A stretch of DNA of 64,000 nt, taken from NCBI GenBank assembly GCA_036676985.1, contig JAKFBU010000073.1, positions 96,001-160,000 of the forward strand. The letters run 5' to 3'. Positions 28,631 to 36,673 of this stretch are shown piece after piece. The translations under genes and the position numbers were made by a program. The notes under the pieces were generated by a model. It was not told the origin of the DNA and ran no database searches. It was given only the letters and a program-made list of their open reading frames with translations. Each line of letters begins with the position of its first letter. The first letter of the stretch is position 1. The DNA comes from Candidatus Sericytochromatia bacterium. GTDB lineage: Bacteria; Cyanobacteriota; Sericytochromatia; S15B-MN24; UBA4093.

Positions 28631-29626
28631 CTAGACCCAGCGCTTGTGGCGGAAGGCCGCGAGCATGCCCATGGCCACGCCGACCATCAGGCAGAGGATG
28701 CCGATGAAGGCGAAGGCCGAGCGCTCGAAGGGAAGCGGGACGTTCATGCCGTAGATGCCCGAAACGAGGGTCAGGGGCAGCATCACGACCGACATGACCG
28801 TGAGCGCGCGGATGACCTCGTTGGTCCGGTGGGTGGTCAGGGAGTTGTAGGTGTCGTTGAGGGCCTCGATGATGCCCTTCTGGTCCTCGAGCGTGTCCCA
28901 GATCCGGGCGAGGGCGTCGCCGATGTCCGAGAAGTAGACCTCGAGCTCCTCGCCGGTGAGACGGCTCTTCAGGTACTCGAGCCGGGAGATGACGGGGATC
29001 ATGGGCTTGATGATCCGGCGGCAGGCGATGATGTCCCGGCGCAACAGCGAGATCTCCTGGACCGTCTCGCGGCCCGCCCCGTTGAAGATCTGGTCCTCGA
29101 CCTCCTGCACGTTTCGCTCGATCTTGTAGGCGAGCGGCATGCAATTGTCCACGAGCTTGTCGATGATGCGGTAGAGGAGGTAGCCCGTCCCCTGGGACAT
29201 GGTCTCGGTCTTCAGCTTCTCGGAGCCCTCGCAGGCCTCGAAAAAGCGCTCGATGGGCCACACCTTGCCCTTGCAGATGGTGATGAGGAAGTCCCGGCCG
29301 ACAAAAAGGTTGACCTCGTTCGGCTGCGTGACCCGCAGACGCTTATCGAAGACCGGGAAGTGCAGCACCATGAAGAGGTAATCGTCGTACTCGTCGAGCT
29401 TGGGGCGCTGGACCTTGGACAGGAGGTCCTCGAAATCCAGCGGGTGGAACTCGAAGTGGTCCTGGAGGTACTCCAGATCGTCGCGGGTCGGCTGGGAGAC
29501 GTTGATCCAGCTGAGGCCCCCGTACTCGACGCTGCGCAGGCCGGGCGCGAACAGCCTGGCCTCGGCGAGGTCAGCCGTGGAGAGCGGGGCCGGGCCCGGG
29601 CCCAGCGGGTTGAGGGAGCGTAGCAT
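28631..29626 (-). CDS. corA: CorA Mg2+/Co2+ transporter
   Basis: HPLDFED, QRPKLDEY, GIYGMN signature, two C-terminal TMs. Confidence 0.95.
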   Translation of the reverse strand: MLRSLNPLGPGPAPLSTADLAEARLFAPGLRSVEYGGLSWINVSQPTRDDLEYLQDHFEFHPLDFEDLLSKVQRPKLDEYDDYLFMVLHFPVFDKRLRVTQPNEVNLFVGRDFLITICKGKVWPIERFFEACEGSEKLKTETMSQGTGYLLYRIIDKLVDNCMPLAYKIERNVQEVEDQIFNGAGRETVQEISLLRRDIIACRRIIKPMIPVISRLEYLKSRLTGEELEVYFSDIGDALARIWDTLEDQKGIIEALNDTYNSLTTHRTNEVIRALTVMSVVMLPLTLVSGIYGMNVPLPFERSAFAFIGILCLMVGVAMGMLAAFRHKRWV

Positions 29627-29709
29627 GGTCACCTCCTTGCCGGATCATGAATGAGGGTCTCGACGGGCACCAACTGCCAGGGTCCATGCGTGCTCACCTC
29701 CTTTCCGCC

Positions 29710-29742
29710 AACAAAAAGCCCCCCGCCCGAGGGCATGGGGGA
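29710..29742 (-). terminator. Riboswitch expression-platform terminator
   Basis: CCCCCATGCCC-TC-GGGCGGGGGG-CTTTTTGTT on the minus strand, between aptamer and corA. Confidence 0.65.
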
Positions 29743-29782
29743 CAAGCCGGCACGACGCCGGAAGGACCCGAGGTCCGCTCAT

Positions 29783-29941
29783 CCCCATTCGTCGGAGCTT
29801 CGGCACTGGAGATCGTAGAGGCTCGCCCTCAGCCACCTTAGGTAACGCCTTAATTCGGCGGAACCTGGTCTACCCATTGGGGTCTTTGGACCTTTCCGGG
29901 CAGTGGCCTGTGTCTCTCCAGACGCCTCGCCTAACGAGGAC
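29783..29941 (-). ncRNA. M-box (ykoK) Mg2+ riboswitch
   Basis: Minus strand CTCGTTAGGCGAGGC...CTGCCCGGAAAGGTCCAAAGACCCCAATGGGT...TAAGG...CAGTGCCGAAGCTCCGACGA matches the ykoK leader; upstream of corA. Confidence 0.93.
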
Positions 29942-29970
29942 TTTCTTCGTCGCGACGCGACGCTAACCCT

Positions 29971-29999
29971 ACGTTAAAGAGCCGCCCGGGCCGTGTCAA
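29971..29999 (-). promoter_or_regulatory. Sigma70 promoter of the M-box/corA transcript
   Basis: TTGACA-N17-TAACGT. Confidence 0.7.
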
Positions 30000-30081
30000 C
30001 GGCCCGGGCATTAAGTTTCGTTTCCCCGCCGAACCGCGCGCGGCGCGCAGGTTCTGCCCCTGTTCGCCCACCGGGGACCGG

Positions 30082-30876
30082 CTACTGCACCTGGGTGCCG
30101 ACATGCTCCCGGAGGAGGGTGCGAGCGCGATCGAAGGGCTCCGGACCGAGGCCCGCTCGCCCCCACAGCGGATGATCGAGGGCGATGATCAGGAAGACCA
30201 CCAGCCCGAGCATGCCGGCGAGACTCGTGATCATGGCGGCGTGGACGCGCCGGTTGTCGGTCCAGAAGCAGTAGGTGAACCCGACGGTCAGGGTCGCCCC
30301 CGCGAACAGCACAAACCACAGCTCTCCCGGCAGTCCCGCGGTGCCGGCGAGGATCCGCTGGCGACGGTAGCCGATCAGGTCGTCGAGGTTGCGGAGGGCT
30401 TCGGCGTGCATGAGGCCCTGCCCCGTGCCGACGGGCTCGAAGCGGGCCCACTCCCGCACCAGGCCCTCGATTGCCCGACCGCTCGCATGGGGCTCCTCCC
30501 GGCGCGCGAGGCGCGGCCAGTCGTCCGAGACCACGAGGCTCGCGTAGTCGACGAGCATGGCCTCGAGCCGCTGACGGACGGCCGGCGGGTAGGCCTCCAG
30601 GTCCAGGGCGAGCTCGGTGAGGGTCGCGGCCTCGTGGGCGATCGCCCGCTCGGCCGCCGTGTAATTCTCCCAGGCCCCCACGGCCACCAGCCCCAGCAGC
30701 ACCGCGTAGATGACGGAGATCCCCTCGAAGACGAAGCGCGCGAGCTCGTTGTGGGTGAGGCTGAAGCGCTGGATCCAAGGGTGCGCGAGGCGGAAGCCCA
30801 GGAGCGACAGCCCCACGAAGCCCCCGATCACCCCCACGGCCAGCAGCGAATTGGGGACCCACTCCCACCAGCGCAT
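30082..30876 (-). CDS. DUF4239 / bestrophin-like membrane protein
   Basis: IYAVLLGLVAVGAWE, EAATL, RRQR, IIALDHPL motifs; four TMs. Confidence 0.75.
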   Translation of the reverse strand: MRWWEWVPNSLLAVGVIGGFVGLSLLGFRLAHPWIQRFSLTHNELARFVFEGISVIYAVLLGLVAVGAWENYTAAERAIAHEAATLTELALDLEAYPPAVRQRLEAMLVDYASLVVSDDWPRLARREEPHASGRAIEGLVREWARFEPVGTGQGLMHAEALRNLDDLIGYRRQRILAGTAGLPGELWFVLFAGATLTVGFTYCFWTDNRRVHAAMITSLAGMLGLVVFLIIALDHPLWGRAGLGPEPFDRARTLLREHVGTQVQ

Positions 30877-31146
30877 GGCCCGTCCTCCCGCGCCATCAGG
30901 CGCTTGCCGGCCTCTTGAGCCCGATCGCGCGCATTAAATCCTCGTTGCGGTTCCGTGAGAAGTGTTTGGAATTAAAAAAATCTCAGACAAGTGTGACAGA
31001 TTTGGGTGCCCGCCGGGTGAAATACGGGAGGAAGCCGAAACGATCCCCCGGCAAGAATGAGTCCAGCAAGCCGTCGGGGTATAGAACTCGCAGCCGAATG
31101 CGAGTCGCAACGTCCAGGCACTCGCATTCGAATCGGGAGGGTTTGC

Positions 31147-32433
31147 ATGTCAGGCATTTCATCAGTCACCAACACACCGGCCTACACGCCGCCGGCCCAG
31201 ACCGCGGGGGCCGGAGCTCCTGCCGCTGCCGGCGGTGCCGCGCCCGCTTCCGCTCCGGCCGCGGCCGGCGACTCCGTCAGCACGGGTGGCGGTCAAGCAG
31301 CCTCGGGCAACCTCGAGATGTTCCAGGCCTCGGGCGTCGTCAAGGACGTCTCGCCCCCCCTGCCCCCGGTCGAGCAGCCCAAGGCGACGGCCGCACCCGA
31401 CATCAAGCCGTACGAGGCCCCGCCGGTCCACGACGACACGATCAAACCGCCTTCGCCCATCAAGAACACCCATTTTTCGATCATCGAGGGCCCGGCGAGC
31501 CCCGACCCCTGAGTGGAGTTCTGCGGCCGCGATGGTATCGCGGCAACGGTGAGCGGCCCCCACGGGTCCATGCAGATGCCCATCCAGCAGCGCAACGGCA
31601 CCTACGAGATCCTGCGCGACGCCTACAACCCGGGCGACCTCAACGTCAAGGGCGAGTTCGTCGACGGCGACCTCAAGAAGGTCTCCATGACCGTCAGCAT
31701 GGATAAGGCCAAGGGCACGGCCGACCTGATCGAGTACGACGGCACGACGCTCATGGTCAACGGCAAGCCGGCCAACCCGCCCCTGACCACCGAGAACGGC
31801 ACCAAGATCACGATGGAGGGCGGCAAGTTCCACATCGAGACCAAGGGCGGCGACACGTTCAACATGGAGCCGACCATCTGCCCGGCCATCAACCTGGAAG
31901 GCGACGTCAACCCCAACCGCGGCACGGATAGCGTGCGCTCGGAGCTGCTGGGCGACTTCGACGACGATCCCAACAGCACCTGGGTCACCAACGCGGATGC
32001 CCAGAACATCTTCGGTGCGGGCGGCGCCACCGGCGCTCCGGCCGGCGGTGCGGGCGCTGCGGGTGGCGGTACCTCGTTCCTGGACAGCATCTTCGAGAGC
32101 CTGCGCAAGCTCTTCTCGTCGCTCGCAGGCTCCAGCGACGCCGGCTCCGTGCCCCCTGGCCCCGGCCAGGACCTGCTCAACAAGGTCAAGACGCCCGAGC
32201 TCAAGCAGGCGATCTTCGACAAGGCCAAGTCGGGCGGCGGCATCGACGTCGACAAGCTGCTCGCGACCATCAAGGATCCGGCCGAGCGCGAGAAGATCGG
32301 CATGGCCCTCACGCACGGCTCGACGTCTGTCGAGGACGTGATCAAGATGATCTCGAAGCCGGAGGAGCGCCTGGCGTTCCTGACCGAGCTGGTCGGTCCC
32401 ACCAAGGCCGCCGAGCTCAACGCCAAGCTCTAG
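31147..32433 (+). CDS. Low-complexity N-terminus plus VWD-like domain protein with in-frame TGA at codon 122 (candidate selenoprotein, or nonsense pseudogene)
   Basis: ORFs 31057-31512 and 31513-32433 are in the same frame, separated only by TGA 31510-31512; GGGAGG SD before ATG 31147, none before GTG 31513; GC3 bias continuous; SPDP*V and LLGDFDDDPNS resemble the ends of a VWD domain. Confidence 0.65.
31526..31544 (+). promoter_or_regulatory. Bacterial SECIS-like hairpin
   Basis: GCCGCGAT-GGT-ATCGCGGC, 8-bp perfect stem; G-first loop begins 21 nt after the UGA. Confidence 0.5.
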
Positions 32434-32443
32434 TCTGACCCAG

Positions 32444-32470
32444 GGAGGGCGGGGGACTTCCCCCGCCCTC
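32444..32470 (+). terminator. GC-rich hairpin after the TGA-containing gene
   Basis: GAGGGCGGGGGA-CT-TCCCCCGCCCTC. Confidence 0.6.
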
Positions 32471-32495
32471 GCTTCCCGTCTCAAGAGGAGTCTCC

Positions 32496-33335
32496 ATGGC
32501 CACCGCGAGCCCCGCCCCCGTCCGCACCGGCAACGAGAAGGTCGTCTACGACTGCTGCACCGCCATGCGGGGAATCCTGGACCGCTTCAAACCGAACGGC
32601 GCCCTCGACTGGCCGGGTGCCGAGGCCATCGTCAACAAATTAGCCAAGATCTTGCCCCCCTCGCCCGAGCTGGTGCCCGGCCTCCGGGTCACGGGCGGCT
32701 ACGACGAGGCCCACGCCATCAACGTGGCCGTCTACGCCATGACCATGGCGCGCGGCATGGGCATGCCCCAGGGCCGCCTCATCGAGATCGGCCTCGCGGC
32801 CCTCTTCCACGACATCGGCAAGATCATGCCCCAGTCCCACCCGAAGAAGGCCGAGCTCACCCGCTTCGAGGAGCACGGCTCCATCGGCCGGGTGATGCTC
32901 TCCGAGCACTTCGAGGTGCTGCCGCGCATCACCGAGTGGGTGGCCGACCACCACGAACGGGTGGACGGCAGCGGCCCGCGCGGCCACAAGACCCCGTCCA
33001 TCGAGGCCCAGATCATCGGCCTGGTCGACATCTACGACGCCAACCTCACGCCCCACCCGCGCCGGGCCACCCTGACGCCGCACTCGGCGTGGAACGTGGC
33101 CCTCACGGTGGCCCCCAAGAAGTTCGCGCCCGAGGTGGTCGCGGCCTTCAAGGCGCACATCCTGCCCTACCCGCCCGAGACCCGGGTGGTGCTCACGGGC
33201 GGCACGCCCGCGGTGATCGTGACGCCCGCCGCCTCGGAGCACCCCTTGGCTCCGGTGGTGCGCTGCGGCGACGGCAACGTGTACGACCTCTCGGAGTACG
33301 CCTCGCCGCGGGTCGTGGGCCTGGCGCGCGACTGA
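32496..33335 (+). CDS. HD-GYP-like metal-dependent phosphohydrolase
   Basis: HAINVA, ALFHDIGK, HHERVDGSG, DIYDA, PYPP motifs. Confidence 0.85.
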   Translation: MATASPAPVRTGNEKVVYDCCTAMRGILDRFKPNGALDWPGAEAIVNKLAKILPPSPELVPGLRVTGGYDEAHAINVAVYAMTMARGMGMPQGRLIEIGLAALFHDIGKIMPQSHPKKAELTRFEEHGSIGRVMLSEHFEVLPRITEWVADHHERVDGSGPRGHKTPSIEAQIIGLVDIYDANLTPHPRRATLTPHSAWNVALTVAPKKFAPEVVAAFKAHILPYPPETRVVLTGGTPAVIVTPAASEHPLAPVVRCGDGNVYDLSEYASPRVVGLARD

Positions 33336-33465
33336 CCCCACGGCGGCCCCTAGGTCGCCATGCCCAAAACCGTTTGCGAGGGCCGGATGGACAAGTCCGG
33401 CCCTCGCGGCTTACGATTGGAGGGGCGGGAGGGCCCCGCCGAGGGAGAAAAGAGGCTTCGAGACG

Positions 33466-33996
33466 ATGATGACCGCCGACAACGCGCACCTGGCCGCCAA
33501 GATCCGGGAGATCCCGGACTACCCCAAGCCGGGCGTGAGCTTCAAGGACATCACCCCCCTGATGCAGGACGCCGCGGCCCTGCGCGACGCCATCGACCAG
33601 GTGGCGCGCCACTTCGCCGCGGCCGACATCGCGCACGTGGTGGGCATCGAGTCGCGCGGCTTCATCTTCGGCGCGGCCATCGCCTACGCCCTCAAGGCGG
33701 GCTTCATCCCCGTCCGCAAGCCGGGCAAGCTGCCCCATGAGACCCACCGCTGCGAGTACGAGCTCGAGTACGGCACCGACGCCCTCGAGATCCACACGGA
33801 CGCCGTCCGGCCGGGCGAGCGGGTGCTCATCATCGACGACGTGCTCGCCACCGGCGGCACCGCCTCGGCCGCCGTCGAGCTCGTCAACAAGCTGGGCGGC
33901 GAGGTCGCGGGCCTCGGCTTCCTCATCGAGCTGGGCTTCCTGAACGGGCGCGATCGCCTCAAGGGCCACGACGTCTTCAGCCTCGTGACCTACTAG
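33466..33996 (+). CDS. apt: Adenine phosphoribosyltransferase
   Basis: IPDYPKPGVSFKDITPL, ESRGF, RKPGKLP, IIDDVLATGGT. Confidence 0.97.
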   Translation: MMTADNAHLAAKIREIPDYPKPGVSFKDITPLMQDAAALRDAIDQVARHFAAADIAHVVGIESRGFIFGAAIAYALKAGFIPVRKPGKLPHETHRCEYELEYGTDALEIHTDAVRPGERVLIIDDVLATGGTASAAVELVNKLGGEVAGLGFLIELGFLNGRDRLKGHDVFSLVTY

Positions 33997-34010
33997 CGTT
34001 CACGCTCGGC

Positions 34011-34036
34011 GGCCGGAGTCCCGCGGGACTCCGGCC
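34011..34036. terminator. Perfect palindrome between convergent genes
   Basis: GGCCGGAGTCCCG/CGGGACTCCGGCC. Confidence 0.55.
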
Positions 34037-34046
34037 TGGTCTTTGG

Positions 34047-34871
34047 CTACCGGCCCCGCTGGTGGGCCAGGCGATGGGCCTTCTTGAGGCTCTTGGGCGC
34101 CGGGTGCGCCCGATCGTAGACGACAACGGCGTTGGTGAGCCCCCAGTGAGGCTTGGCCACGATCTTGCCCCGGTAGGCCATGCCCACCGAGGGGCCGCCA
34201 TCCAAGTTGAGGGCGTCGTGCACGCCGAGCCTCCGCATGGCCTCGGCCTCTTCTTGAAGCGTGATGCGCTCCGGGAAGGTCACGAACATCAGGCGCCGGC
34301 GATCCCGGCTCAGGCCCACGGCCGTCCGCGGGGCGCGCCCGAACACGGAGGGATCGCGGAAGCCCTCGAACCACGGCCGGAGCCAGACCTGGCCGTCCTT
34401 GACCAGGCGCGGCCCCGCGGCGAAGGACAGCCAGGCGGTGCGGTAATCGGGCAGCCCTTCGGTCCGGATGGTCTGGATCCTAGCCTTGCCGCTCCGGTCG
34501 ATGGTCAAGGACGTGCCGCGGGTGTCCCAGTCCCGGTACTGGACGAGCCGGCCGTCCACTACCGTGTTGCCGAGGGTGTCGAAGGTCGAGACGCTGAAGA
34601 AGGTGCCGTTGACCACGGCTGCCGCCCGCGAGGCCTGCGTGAAGGCCTGGAAGCCCTCGTGGCAGCGGTGCTGGGGGACCCCGCCGTGCGCGAAGCGCAT
34701 GGACACGAGCGTCTGGGCATCCTTGAGGTCCGCCGAGACCACGATCGCCTTGACCGGTCGGCGGTTGATCGTGACCGCTTTGCGGGCAATCGCCACCGGT
34801 TGGGCGAGGGCCGGCGCGGGCCAGAGGGACAGGGCCAGGACGAGGGCTACTAGCGGGCGATGAGCGGTCAT
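34047..34871 (-). CDS. Secreted phosphodiester glycosidase (NAGPA/DUF2233) family protein
   Basis: Signal peptide; NGTFF, AGPRLVKDG, PRTAVG, ALNLDGGPS motifs. Confidence 0.85.
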   Translation of the reverse strand: MTAHRPLVALVLALSLWPAPALAQPVAIARKAVTINRRPVKAIVVSADLKDAQTLVSMRFAHGGVPQHRCHEGFQAFTQASRAAAVVNGTFFSVSTFDTLGNTVVDGRLVQYRDWDTRGTSLTIDRSGKARIQTIRTEGLPDYRTAWLSFAAGPRLVKDGQVWLRPWFEGFRDPSVFGRAPRTAVGLSRDRRRLMFVTFPERITLQEEAEAMRRLGVHDALNLDGGPSVGMAYRGKIVAKPHWGLTNAVVVYDRAHPAPKSLKKAHRLAHQRGR

Positions 34872-35028
34872 GGGTCCCTCCGGCGTTGCAGCGACGTTTC
34901 TCCCAGTGTCCGCAATCGGGGCGCCGGGCGCCACGGCGGGGGCGCCGAGCTTCGTTGGCCACCTTGGCGGGACCGTGCAACGCTTGCTCGCTCGCGGTAA
35001 GATGGGGCCGTACCGTCCGGAGGAACTC

Positions 35029-36111
35029 ATGATCGGCAACCTCTCCTCGCGCACCTTCCTGTGGGCCGTCTGCTACACGGGACTCTTCATCGTCACCTTC
35101 GCCCTCCTCAGGCCCTTCTGGGAGGCGATCGCCTGGTCCTTCATCCTGGCGGCCGTGACGTGGCCCCTGTACCGCCGGCTCCGCGACCTCTGCAAGGGCA
35201 ACGCCACGGTCTCGGCCGTCCTCATGTGCCTGGTGGTCGTGGCGGCCATCGCCGTCCCGTTCTCGTTCATCGTGGCCTCGCTCTTGAAAGAGGTGGGCCC
35301 CGCCTTCAACTCGCTGATGCACATCCTGTCCTCGCCCCCCTCGCCGCCGGGCTGGCTCAACCGCTTCCCGGCCGTGGTCAACGCCTACGAGGAGGCGATC
35401 GCAGCCGCGCGCAGCGGCTCGGGCCCCGGCCGGGACTGGCTGGTCTCCCTGGCCCGGCCCGGCACCCGGGTGCTCGCGGCGGCGGGCGACACCCTCTTGC
35501 AGGGGGCCATCGCCCTCTTCACGCTCTTCTTCCTGTACCGGAACGGCGATCGCTACCGGGTCCAGGCGCGGGCGGTCTTCACCTACCTCTTGGGCCCGTC
35601 GGTGGGGCGCCTCGTGCAGCCGACCAAGGACGCCATGCGGGCGGTGTTCGCAGGCGTCATCCTGGCGGCCGCCGCTCAGGGCGTGACGGCAGGCATCGGC
35701 TTTGCCATCGTCGGGCTGCATGCCCCCATCCTCTTGGGCGTGGCCACCGCCGTCACGGCCCTCATCCCCTTTGGCGCGGTGCTCATCTGGGGCACGTCGG
35801 CCGTGTGGCTCATCGCCACGGGCTCCCTGGTCAAGGGGCTCGTCCTGGTCGCGTGGGGGGCGCTCGCCGTCAGCAGCGTCGACAACCTGGTGCGCCCCCT
35901 GGTCATCAGCGGCGCCACCCGCTTGCCCTACCTGCAGGTCTTCTTCGCCTTCCTGGGGGGCCTGGCGACCTTCGGGCTCATCGGCCTCTTCATCGGTCCG
36001 GCCGTGCTCGCCATCTGGATGGTGCTCTGGAACGAGTGGGCCGCCGCCGGCGCCCCGCCGTCGACCGAGAGCCCGCCCGTCAGCCTTGACGCGCCGCCCG
36101 CCGGGGGCTAG
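35029..36111 (+). CDS. AI-2E family transporter
   Basis: DNLVRPLVI, GGLATFGLIGLFIGP motifs; multiple TMs. Confidence 0.9.
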   Translation: MIGNLSSRTFLWAVCYTGLFIVTFALLRPFWEAIAWSFILAAVTWPLYRRLRDLCKGNATVSAVLMCLVVVAAIAVPFSFIVASLLKEVGPAFNSLMHILSSPPSPPGWLNRFPAVVNAYEEAIAAARSGSGPGRDWLVSLARPGTRVLAAAGDTLLQGAIALFTLFFLYRNGDRYRVQARAVFTYLLGPSVGRLVQPTKDAMRAVFAGVILAAAAQGVTAGIGFAIVGLHAPILLGVATAVTALIPFGAVLIWGTSAVWLIATGSLVKGLVLVAWGALAVSSVDNLVRPLVISGATRLPYLQVFFAFLGGLATFGLIGLFIGPAVLAIWMVLWNEWAAAGAPPSTESPPVSLDAPPAGG

Positions 36112-36114
36112 AAT
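36086..36114 (+). promoter_or_regulatory. Sigma70 promoter of the fluoride riboswitch/crcB transcript
   Basis: TTGACG-N17-TAGAAT; predicted +1 falls at the riboswitch 5' end. Confidence 0.7.
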
Positions 36115-36120
36115 CGCCCT

Positions 36121-36178
36121 GGCGATGAAGCTCGCCTGGCCGCTTGCGGCCGAACCGTCGTGAGACTGATGGCTTCTG
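36121..36178 (+). ncRNA. Fluoride (crcB) riboswitch
   Basis: GGCGATGAAGCTCGCC...AACCG...CTGATGGCTTCTG, followed by a hairpin and U tract, directly upstream of crcB. Confidence 0.9.
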
Positions 36179-36220
36179 TGGCCCGTTCGGGCTGCAGGGG
36201 CCTTTTTTGTTGGGGGAGAG

Positions 36221-36604
36221 ATGCGCGACTTCGTCATGATCGGCCTCGGCGGGTGGCTCGGCGCCTTCACCCGCTACGTCACGGACCGCTGGGTGATCCA
36301 GGCGACGGGCGGCCAGTTCCCGTACGGGACGCTCGTCATCAACCTGGTGGGCTGCCTCCTCCTCGGCTTCCTCGCCACGCTCGCCCGCGACCGGGTGGTC
36401 GCGATCCCGCGGGGGGTCTGGCTGTTCGCGACCTACGGCTTCCTCGGGGCCTTCACGACGTTCTCGACCTTCGGGTTCGAGACGCTGCGCCTCATGGAGG
36501 CCGCGCGCTGGTCCGCGGTCCTCTTCAACGTGGTCGCGAGCGTGGGCGGCGGGCTTCTGGCCTGCTACCTGGGGTCCGTCATGGCCCGGAGCCTCGCCGG
36601 CTAG
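36221..36604 (+). CDS. crcB: Fluoride channel Fluc
   Basis: GGWLGAFTRY, PYGTLVINLVGC, GFLGAFTTFSTF. Confidence 0.95.
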   Translation: MRDFVMIGLGGWLGAFTRYVTDRWVIQATGGQFPYGTLVINLVGCLLLGFLATLARDRVVAIPRGVWLFATYGFLGAFTTFSTFGFETLRLMEAARWSAVLFNVVASVGGGLLACYLGSVMARSLAG

Positions 36605-36673
36605 CCTCCGCCCCGACCCACGGGATGCGATACAATAGGGAATTTGGCGAGCGTGTCGCGGAAGGAAGATCGG

